Shown piece by piece: positions 51,046 through 61,609 of a stretch of 61,609 nt of DNA. Position numbers and translations under genes: made by a program. This stretch comes from Octopus bimaculoides (taxonomy: Eukaryota), in assembly GCF_001194135.2 (NCBI RefSeq), contig NC_068985.1:101048469-101110077 (forward strand), in the 5' to 3' direction. The notes beneath the pieces are model-generated. The model saw only the letters and a program-made list of their open reading frames with translations, had not been told where the DNA came from and searched no databases. Position 1 is the stretch's first letter, and every line of letters starts with the position of its first letter.

Positions 51046-52305
51046 CAATATGAAATATCTAAGCACGAACCGCATTGATATTACCACTTCTCGGGGTTCA
51101 GATAATATTATGGTTGTAATACATTGCTACTAATTAAGGCGATGTGATTTTAAACACTAAATTGAATTTAATGCATGATTATCAATATTCATATATATAA
51201 CCTTCTTCTAAAGTTAGTGAACCGTAATATCTTTTTGGCCTTGCAGCAAAATAAATAGTCAGTTAGTGTATTCCTCGAAGAAAAAAAATGTGTTATACAG
51301 CCATTTAATAGCCGATTCCATTGGCATGGAAATACGTCTGGAGAAGAAAAATTACAGGGAAAGTAAATTTGAATAACAATTCCTATTACCTTATAAACAA
51401 AACAAGTGGTTAGGCGGAAAATCAGATCGTTATAGGTGTGTCTTCAAACTGAATAGCTGTGGTTCATATGCAGAATAAACTTGACGATGCTCACATTTGG
51501 TAGACTAACGAGAAACTTTAGACAGTTGCTTCTGAGAAGACACTACGGTGGAAGTGACAGAAGAATGTACATCGGCACACCTTCGAGACTCAGTGAGCGG
51601 AGAAGATTCATTGATAATAGACTGACCTTGTTTTCCTAGTATGCTCAATAACGTATTAACAATGTGTTCTAAGTAATCCAAAATTGTATTCCAAAGAAAT
51701 TTTACATCTGCTTTAATGCTGTTGTTTTATTGACATGCAATGCAATCTTTAATTTAAATAATCGGACAATCAAAAATAATGTCTGTAATTTACATCTTGA
51801 GAAAATGGAGTACCGAAATTTACTGATTTAAAACATATTTAATTTAAAGGTTCTGCCCCACCGACACTTTTCTGCACGTTCTTTTATAGACTGTGACCCC
51901 ACAACACAGACGTGACACGCTTTTCAAATCTTAGGTTATTGGGCGTAAGTGTATTTTCAAAGGAATAATATATCGTTTTAAAAAATATATGATTTCTATG
52001 ATACATCACAAACGTATTTTAAATTCCTGAAGTCAACAACCTCATATTACAAAGCTTCTGGGTAAAAAAAAAGCATTATACAAAATTCTACAAGGAATAC
52101 GACAACAAAGAAGCATACATAATACGCACGTTACCATTAACAAATATTTCCATAGACATGTAAATATATTAATATACACACATATATACATGCATAGATG
52201 CATATATATATATANNNNNNNNNNNNNNNNNNNNNNNNNNNNNNNNNNNNNNNNNNNNNNNNNNNNNNNNNNNNNNNNNNNNNNNNNNNNNNNNNNNNNN
52301 NNNNA

Positions 52306-52460
52306 TTTTTCTCCTTGTCTCCGTATTCTTTTTGTTGAAGAGCGTAGCTCGAAACGTCAAAGACTTTCCGCATTCCCGAGCGTCATACTAATACATCCTT
52401 TTGTTATTTACACCACCTGTCCTCGTCTGTTGTTGTTTTTTCGTATATTCTCCCATATAT
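52306..52460 (+). mobile_element. Penelope-type terminal repeat fragment, copy B
   Basis: Homologous to 26820-27000; ends in (TA)n; carries a hammerhead-like fold. Confidence 0.55.
52327..52363 (+). ncRNA. Minimal hammerhead-like motif with non-canonical core
   Basis: TCTTT/AAAGA helix I (5 bp), TTGTTGA-A in place of CUGANGA, GAGC-GTA-GCTC helix II, GAAA, palindromic ACGT helix III, GUC triplet. Confidence 0.45.
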
Positions 52461-52635
52461 ATATATATATATAAGCAATGTTAATTCTCTAAATGAAGTA
52501 TTAACAGTAACTGCACGATAAAGTGTAGTATATTGCCACTTAAGTGTGGCTGACCCCTAGGGGTGGATGTTATATATATATGTATGTACGTTATATATAT
52601 ATGTATGTATATATATATACACATACACACATATA

Positions 52636-52669
<34 letters not shown>

Positions 52670-52768
52670 GCACAGATATTTTATGTGAGTGTGAGCGTAT
52701 GTGCATACACGTAGATACATACCTACATAAATACATACATACATACATACATATATAATATGTGTGTG

Positions 52769-52800
<32 letters not shown>

Positions 52801-52802
<2 letters not shown>

Positions 52803-53755
52803 TTAGGTTGTTCCGAAAATAATGACCGCTCTAAATGTGTTTTAGCATAGTATTTTAATTATATTTTAGGTGAATTTCAACATACTTAATAATTGATACT
52901 TGCTATTTAATAATGTTGTTCTTATTTCAGACAGAAAGCATTCTTGAAGCATAGACTCCCTTAACAATGAAAATGACAAAAAAAAAGGACCTTCGCTTAC
53001 TTTTCTTGCATGAGTTCAAGCTGCTGCGAATACCAAGGGAGCGTAGGGAGAGGGGTCAAGTGATTCCACACTATGAAGGTGGTTTCAGAAATCCCGTAGT
53101 GGTGATGAGACCTTTGAAGATAAAGAAGGTAGGGGATGGTCATACAGTCTTGGCAATGAAGAATTCAAAGCTATTATTGAACAAAGCCCACGTCAAAGTG
53201 TCAGAGAAATGAATCAGGCATTTTGTGTCGGTGTTGCAATGGCCTCACGGAATCTGCAGAAGACAGGTAAGGTGAAAAGATCTCGATAAATAGGTACTGA
53301 TCGAACTGAATGGATATCAAAAATTTCGGCATCTGAAAGTGTGCTCGATGCTCTTTCTGCGAATGCTCTTTCTGCGAAACACCAACGATCTTTTTTCTTC
53401 ACCGAATAGTCACTTGTGACGAAAAGTGAATCATTTATGATAACCGAAAACGATCAAGTCAATGGCTTGATCGTGGTGAGTTCCCCAAACGTTTCCCGAA
53501 GCCAAAGTCGCTTCAGCAAAGATTAAGGTGACTGACTGTTGGTCGGCAATTTATATTTTCCATTACAGCATTATGGAAGCCAATAAGAGCATTACAGCAG
53601 AGGTTTACTGCAATCAACTGGCTGAAATGCATGCTCACTTGCAAAACATGAGACCTGCATTGGTGAATCGGCGTGACCCAATTCGGCCACAGGATAACAC
53701 AAATCCCTATATTGCAAGAATGACGCTGCAGCAACTCACAGACTTGGAATGTGAA
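52801..53755 (+). mobile_element. Second mariner copy of the same family, 3'-truncated, inserted at the end of a (GATA)n run
   Basis: TA + TTAGGTTGTTCCGAAAA TIR; MKMTKKKDLRLLFLHEFKL, RIVTCDEK, SITAEVYCNQL..MRPALVNRRDPIRPQDNTNPY; ends at a SINE. Confidence 0.9.
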
Positions 53756-53978
53756 ATTAACGTGCAAATGGCTGAGCACTCCAGAAGCACAGACACCTTT
53801 AACGTAGTACTCAGAGAGATTCATTCTGACACAGGTACTACTCCTTATTGCAGGCTGAGTGGACTGGGGCAGCGTGAAATAAATTGTGTTGCTGAATGAC
53901 ACAACGCGTCACTGGTAGTTGAACTCATGACCTTGCAGTCGTGAACCGAATTCCTTGACCACTAAGTCATGCGTCTTC
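53755..53978 (-). mobile_element. tRNA-derived SINE truncating mariner copy 2
   Basis: Minus strand GAAGACGCATGACTTAGTGGTCAAG...GAGTTCAACTACC; 3' part GGAGTGCTCAGCCATTTGCACGTTAATTTCAC shared with 50672-51045. Confidence 0.75.
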
Positions 53979-55081
53979 ACTCCTTACATTTGTCCTACTC
54001 TTAAAACTGATCGATTATTTTTTCGCATTCAGGAAGGATTTGTTCTAAATGGCTTCTGGAATTCAATTGTGCTATCTCATATGAAATATGTAGCGCAGCA
54101 TTATACATGTAATACAGTCATGTTTAAGCTTTTCAATTTTATGATGAAATAAATAGAGTATATACACATTTAGATACATTCAGAGAAAATGATCAATGTA
54201 TATACGAAACTAGTTTAACATTTTTCCACATATATAAATTTTCTGCCAATTTATCTTCAACTTTTTTTCTCTCAAGTCAAAGGCAAAAATGTCATTCATA
54301 TGTTTTTATTTGTTAAAACTGATATATTTTCAACTCAGCCGTATTACAAAATTATAAATACGTGCGAACGGTCGGAAGTATTCATAAACCGTATTATATT
54401 ACATTACTGTAACAGCTTTTTTTCCGTATATTTGCATTTCAAATAGTGTCTAAAATGAATATATATTTGAAATTTTAGTGCATTACTTTTCAGACGAAAA
54501 TACTGAATTTGCAAGTTCTTCAGCGTGAGGCACAAATAAGTGAAAAGAATGGTGGCATTTTTGAAACGCACACAGTTTTGCCAATGAATATAAACGTGAA
54601 AGAGAGATATAGGCATTCAATTGGAAAATTGGTTGACGCCATTTACCATACATGGAGAAGTTTGTATGTCTATGTAGGTGAACATACATTCACACACACA
54701 AACACACACACACGTGTGTGTAGAGAGAGAGAGAGATAGAGAGATATACTGAGACAGAGAGAGAGTGGGATGGAGACACTTTACGTATGTGTTACGTATA
54801 CATACTCATCACTATGTTTATATTATAAATTAAATGTTCTAGAACGATGCTAAATATTTTGCTCGGTCATCAATTTTCTAAATGTATAACTACCCGTTCC
54901 ATAAGGAAACAGTTCTAGCCATCATTGATAGACAGCACCACATTTTCCATTTACAATATAAGCAGGAGGTTTAGTAGTAAACCTTCCAAATGAATTCCCA
55001 TAGTACAACTCAATTGGTCTACGTCAGTTGACAAAACATTTTTGTATCTATGTATGTATGCATACGTGTATGAATACATGA

Positions 55082-55142
<61 letters not shown>

Positions 55143-55151
55143 TATATATAT

Positions 55152-55256
55152 AGGCAAAGTGGACCCGGCGGAATTTGATCTCCGAATATGAGACGGACAG
55201 AATAACGCTAAACGTTTCACCCGGTGTGCTAACGACTCTGCCAGCTCAGCACCTTA
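55152..55256 (-). mobile_element. SINE 5' part
   Basis: Reverse of AAGGTGCTGAGCTGGCAGAGTCGTTAGCACACCGGG...ATCAAATTCCGCCGGGTCCACTTTGCCT. Confidence 0.75.
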
Positions 55257-55669
55257 ATGTATATATACGACTGTATGTGTGTAAGTGCGTGTTTGTGTAT
55301 GAGTGTGTATATGTTTGTGTATGTGTGTTTGTGTTTGTGTGATTCTTTGAGTGATTGCGTATGTGAATGTGCGTGTGTGATATTTCGGTGCATATTTACG
55401 AAGCGTGTGTGCGTATGAACATCTGCTTATGTATGAATATATACAGATCGAACTATTATGGCATTTTATGACTCTTTGTGACTATGAAATATATTTTGGG
55501 TCCGGTGTTTACTACATGGAGTTGTGTTTAGAAAGAAACACTTTGGAGTTGAAAGGATAGAGTGATTTTGCGCCTGGACAATTCTGACAAGTTATGATAT
55601 AAATCTATTTTAAGTAGAATTGAATATTTCCGATTCTTATAAAGCGATAATTTCACGGAGCAGTTGTAA

Positions 55670-55860
55670 AATTCAACTTATAAACAGTCGTCTTCCTTCA
55701 CCAGTCACAAATATGTGTCTGTTATATATATCTGTAAAAATGTGTGACGCTTATTCGGTAGCCATGATAAAACTCCGAGTTTCGGATGCCAGGGTGGACG
55801 CCCACGCCAACATCTCTGTTTCTACTTGTTGCACTCAGGCAGCGAAGTCGCCATATTTAC
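55670..55860 (-). pseudogene. Candidate decayed FN3-like coding segment
   Basis: Two alternating frames give LSATS..TEMLAW and HPGIRNSEFYHGYRISVT; GC-richer than the flanks; preceded by a strong acceptor-like TTGTATTCTTTCCTGCGTTACAG. Confidence 0.25.
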
Positions 55861-58800
55861 TCTGTAACGCAGGAAAGAATACAAAGCGATCAAGGGCAAA
55901 CTATGGTTTCTTAAAGACAAGTGTTCGTCCTTTGAATGCAGTACGACCACCATAAATAAAGTTTTGGAGTCAGTGCATATAATTTTTGACTACCCTTAGT
56001 ACATTGGCCAAAATCTAATAGTGTTAATATTTCTGAACTCTTCTAGAAATACTACTTCTGTGTTCAATTCAATTCACGCCTCTCCGACAGTAAACTGATG
56101 ATTAACAACTACTAACGGAAGAACATATATGTAGGATATATATTTAATGACAATAATTTAACATGGCTTCCGGAGAGCTTTATATTATATATCTGTTTGC
56201 TGAAAAAACATTCACAAATCAGTTGCCATGAATTGTAATTACCATTCCAAATATCATGTTATACTTTTCTAAGAATATTTGTAACGAGCCCGAAGCATTC
56301 ATTATACAGACAACTCCTGCGTTTAGTCAGAAAAAAAGATAAAGAAACATAGTATTTAATTAATTCTTGCTTTAGGACATGTATGCTGTAGTGGTGCATT
56401 TGTGTAAGTTGTCGGCCTAATACGATAAAGTGTACATGCTTCTGTGAAATTGAAACACATTGCATTCTAATGTATCATAAAATTGCCAAGTTGAATATGT
56501 ATTATACAACCATAAATGATTATGTAAAATTCTCATATACAGATGGGGGAATGCTTTATCACACGAATAGTATGGATCGTTACGTTTAGTTGTTGATGTG
56601 GTATGTTACACTCGGGTTGAATATGGTTGAGATATATACGAAATAAAATATGTTATGTCCGATGTATACACATAGACATATATACACACACCGCACAAAC
56701 ACACACACACGCATATATATNNNNNNNNNNNNNNNNNNNNNNNNNNNNNNNNNNNNNNNNNNNNNNNNNNNNNNNNNNNNNNNNNNNNNNNNNNNNNNNN
56801 NNNNNNNNNNNNNNNNNNNNNNNNTAGTTACTCCATACTCTTTAGTGTGATCAATGTATATTATGCTTTGACCGTTTCTGCATTTACATGTGCATGTTAT
56901 ATACGAGGTTGTATGTGTATGTGCAAACACTTATACATGTGTGAATATATGAATGTTTATGAGTGTGTATGTAATTGTATGTATGCATAGACTAACGAGT
57001 CATCGGGATTGATAAAGTTCTTCTACTAATACAACGCCTATTAGTATAGCCCTGATGCCCTGCTTTGATTTGTAAATAGACATTTCTATTGTGCAATGTG
57101 TATGATGCATATTAGTGCTGACTTGTAAGATATTGTTACTCACTAAAATTAATATTATATGGTCAAGTCTGCCCAACGGTCGTAAACCCAGTGGTAACAA
57201 GTTGTTATATGCATATATATTTTCATATATAATGAACATATAATATGCATTAGTAGTAGCTGAAACCCGCTAGATAGGATAGATGTCTTAGACCGTGGTT
57301 CACGATTATACCACAGTAAATATTTCCAAAGAATCATCAGATATATAAACATATATGTTTCATGGGCTATAAATTTCTCTTCCTGAATCTATACCTTTCA
57401 AATCACAATACTTCTGTGTTTTTATTTTTTTGTCTACACATATACAAATGTTTCACTTTATACATTACTAATGTCTTCAAAATGGATCATTCTGTTTAAT
57501 TTTACCTTGAGCAGTGTATGTTATTTTTTTAACATATATGCTGATCGATTATGCTACACTTCAGAATCTATATAAGTAAATTGCTAATGAATTAATGAAT
57601 TAAAATAATAAAAAAAAAAGATTATAGTATATTTAGAAACTTCCTGGAAATTTAATTGGACGTTTTTAATTTGCAATAAATGAAAACACAACATTCATGA
57701 CAGCAAATGACGTAAAACTATATGCAGATGTAAAATATATAATCAATACTCATTTGCACAGTTGTTTGATGCAAATGTATAATTTGTATATACTAATTGA
57801 ATTATTCTGCATAAACCATGCACAGATTTATGTTCTAATTATATTGAAATTGAATTAATATAATTAAATAAAATATCGATTACTCATATCGACAAGAGTG
57901 CGTAATTAATTAAAATATTGCAAACCACTTTCGTCGAGACATATCAAATTTTCACACATGAATTATTTACGACTTTAATATATTTTTTTTTATTACTGTA
58001 CCGATTATATAAATGCATCTGACCGATTAAAGTATATTTTCATTAGTCAACTTCAACTTCGAAAGCTGAAACATTTCATCACAAAAATAGATGGAACAAA
58101 TTGTAAGTGTGAGACCGAATTCCAAGAAAACGAAAGACAAAAAAGAAGTTGGTGTTTGTATTTATCTGTGTAAACTATACAGATAGATCCACTTCGAACA
58201 GGGTACATGATTTTTAAAACATGTCTTTTATAATGTTCCTATGCAAATTAAAATATGCATGCTTACAAAATCATATATATTGGCAAATTGCACGAAGCGT
58301 AACAAATACCTTTGCATTATAGTCACAGAGTTGACCTCGGCAGAATTTGAACACTTAAAGTGAAAGATATGGATGGAATAACCTTTAGCATTTTCCGGAC
58401 CGGCTAACGGCTCAGCCGGTACACCACATTTACTAAAAGTATTTTCTAAAATGTTGATCGATTATTGTTCTCAACTGTTCATATACCGATAAAGTCTACA
58501 TATTGCTTCAAACATATGTAAATAAAATCTTCTAAATTGACGTCTTTTTAAAGAAAATATTTACTTAATATAATGTTTTTAAATACGCATACATTTACTT
58601 TGAAGTTCGAATTACGCCTAACTGCAAGTTCGAATATTTCTCCCGACTGTCAACTGCATATAAACGAGTACTCTCTGAATAAAAAGGAAATATATAACAT
58701 TTGGTATTTATTGCAAGACAAATTCTTTAAATTTTGAGGAAATTATTATCGTGATATTTATTAAAAATCCAAGTTTCTTTCCACAATGTTTTGAGATTTT

Positions 58801-59128
58801 TATGGCAGCAAGAGTTATAACGTCTAGATTATTACAATGTTAGTATTTTTTTTATTATATATATCGAATACACTGCCCTTCAAACATTCTGGATTAAATG
58901 AGAGTGCCGAAGAATCATTTTTTAATACGCTGTTAAACACTAACTGCCGCAGTTGACTGTTGCACAGAATGCAATCGGGCCGTTGTATTGATCGCTATGC
59001 AATACATATTTTGATTTAAAATGTGTAAAAACGTTATGGCATCTTATGAACTGATTCAGACTGCTTCGGTATTAACTAGTAATCACATGAGACCAAAGAA
59101 AGCGAGTCCAGTGCCAAGCGTGTGATAC

Positions 59129-59292
59129 CTTTTTCGACTGCAAATTGATCATCTACATCCAGTAGGTTCTCTCTGGTCACGGTCAACGAAATTACTTTCT
59201 GCAGGCTTTGAGGGACTTCAGAAATAGATTCCGTCACAAAAAATAACCCAGAGCACGTACATCTAGGCAATGCACTGTTCCATGTTTCCACC
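59129..59292 (-). CDS. Candidate open exon of unknown function (164 nt)
   Basis: Acceptor-like TTAGTTCCCAG, open frame VETWNSALPRCTCSGLFFVTESISEVPQSLQKVISLTVTRENLLDVDDQFAVEK, weak donor AAG/GTATCA; GC-richer than the flanks. Confidence 0.3.
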
Positions 59293-61527
59293 CTGGGAAC
59301 TAATTACTTGACAAAAATTAAGATCAAAACTGTTTCTCACCCACCCTACAGACTTCCATATTTCCTAATCACCAGCCTAATTAAATCTCTTTTTAGTTCT
59401 TTCATCTCGTTATCATTTTCTCTATTTCTGAACCATGTGTATTTGTGCTTGTGTGTGTGTGAGCGCTTACGCATATATGTATGTGTGTATGTTTGGACGT
59501 GAGTGTGTGCCTGTGTATCTGTATAAATGTATATATGTGCGTATGTATATGTCTATGTATATATGCTGTGTATGTACTCTACAACCGTTTGACGATCACT
59601 GTTGGTATATTTATATCCCTTAAACATAATGGTCCGATATAAGAACCCGATAAAATATCTACCAAGATTATTCCAATAAGTAATTTTCGTCGACGTTCTC
59701 CACTAAACCTGTCAAAGTGGTGCTTCAGTATGGCCGCAGTCCAATAGCTGAAACTAGTAGAAAATAAAGGTTAAATGACATGCAAATCTCTAGAGAAATG
59801 TATGTCACTTCCATGTTAATTTCATCCCAAAATTTGTTAGATATTCAATTTTAATTAATTAAAAAATTGAAGTAGCAAGGGGATGTAATTATATAGGTTT
59901 CATCAAATGCATCTCACTCTGGCTGATCTGTTTAGATTCCATTCACACAAGCATGATCTAACCGTTTTTTTTTAGATATTACGGTAATTAAAGACGTAAA
60001 GATTTTCGAGAAGGGCAGCCGAGGGATTTAATAACATAGAATAACAAGTGAGGAAATTTACTTAGGGAAACCTGTTCAATGAAATCTTAAAATAGAATCA
60101 GCTGCTAATAAGATAGAAAAAAAGACATGTAATTTAAAATCACAGCGTTAATATTTAAAGCTATCTTAATGATTTAATCATAATAAAGAAAATGCAGTGC
60201 GGACAAGTTCAACACATAATGTAATTAGAATAAATTAAATATGCTATCCTGTCTGAACAGTGTCTGATCTTGTATAATATGAGAACATCTGATAGGTGGC
60301 GTTATCAAATTGTATTCAAATTTCATCAATAGAATACATGACTGCAAACTATATGTTGGAGTGTGTAGAGTAGTATAGCTTTGACCACAATCATAAGTTA
60401 ACTATAACTGTAATTTAACTATAAATGGATAACTAAAATTTAACGATAGCTAACATACACGCACGCACACATATAAAGGTAAACATATATATATATATAT
60501 ATATAATTTAACCAATAATTATTCAAAAACGGGAGAATAAGAATTAATCTCATATGTGTTTACCTGTTGTTTAGTGTATGTTGTAAAATGAATATAATCA
60601 AACCCTCCTTATAACAAACAACCATGGATATAGTCCGCATTGAAATACACTACACGCTAGAAACCGATGTCAGGCTAGACTACGCACTAAAAGACTGAAA
60701 TGAACAAAAGAAAATGAATTATTTTAGTTCCGAGTCTTATTTCAATTTAATTAAAAATGGTGCCTCATCACCGAGAAAGAGAGTTCATGATACATTAGTT
60801 TTCTTCAGAATGAAGCATTATAATTGACAAAATATATGGACGATATTTACATACATGTTTCTATTTGTAAGACATAAAAAAGAATTGATAAATTAGATGA
60901 TGCCCTGCTTTAAACTCTTTTCTTATATCTATTAAGACTAAATCTACGTTTGTCAAAGTAATTCAATGTGACGGTAAAAGTGAGTCTGTGTTAGTAAAAT
61001 GTTCACATATGGCTTTCAAATCATGTAATATGTCACCTCCTATATCTAATCATTATTACTTGTCAGTCTACTTTGCCGCCACCGGTAAATTACAAGCAAT
61101 ATCATTATTTGAATTACATCTTACAATATCTGTAATTCGAGTACATTATATTCATTGCATGAGACTCAACTTATCCTCTGTTCCAAGTGAGCAGTAATAT
61201 GTGTTAATGCTATGTGATGTACGAGCGAGTGATTACATATATTTTGTATATACCATCGGAAGTTTTATCAGATACATGATAACTTAAAATCAAAATTTCT
61301 GCCCCAAAATAAAGCCAGCTATGCCACTATACGCATAGATAAACAAACTCATATATTCAGAAACTCACACCCACATTCATTCCGACGCGACTTCCTACAA
61401 GCAAATACATATGTCAATACATGTATATGCAATATATATGAATATATATCTCATATACATCTATCTATATTCGACTCTATCTATTGATATATTGATATAT
61501 ATGTGTATGTGTGTGCATGTGCGTTTG

Positions 61528-61530
<3 letters not shown>

Positions 61531-61584
<54 letters not shown>
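61531..61584. repeat. (CT)n microsatellite followed by (TA)n
   Basis: Perfect CT run. Confidence 0.95.
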
Positions 61585-61588
<4 letters not shown>

Positions 61589-61609
61589 ATATATATATAT
61601 ATATATATA

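Noticed and set aside
55620-55955. 111-aa plus-strand ORF
   Set aside because: TTG start, no recognisable domain; more likely a shadow of the minus-strand relic or chance.
988-56930. Dozens of long ORFs containing X runs or IYIY/THTH/VCVC/SIYL repeats
   Set aside because: They are translations of N-gaps and TA, CA and CTAT microsatellites, not proteins.

Overview
AT-rich animal genomic scaffold from a short-read-style assembly, with 18 N-gaps, most flanked by (TA)n or (TG)n. The tRNA-derived SINE families, dense TA/CA/GATA microsatellites and transposon mix look like a cephalopod (octopus-like) genome; this is my recognition, not a database result. No intact host gene, rRNA, true tRNA or CRISPR array is supportable, and most listed ORFs are microsatellite or N-gap artefacts. 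Recognisable content is transposon debris: two mariner (DD34D-type) copies, four copies of a mariner-type MITE, a pogo/DDE_1+PHD transposase relic, a maT/Tc1-like relic, a Helitron RepHel N-terminus, Tx1/L1-like ORF1 fragments, two Penelope-like (GIY-YIG) relics and many SINEs. Three signals stand out. (1) A type I hammerhead ribozyme motif with a loop-less palindromic helix III (45857-45942) lies just upstream of a Penelope GIY-YIG relic. (2) Two copies of a second Penelope-type terminal repeat fold into a hammerhead-like shape and share a non-canonical U at core position 6. (3) A series of minus-strand, stop-riddled, fibronectin type III-like segments between about 23 and 59 kb may be the remains of one large FN3-repeat receptor gene; this last call is by-eye pattern matching and needs a profile search.
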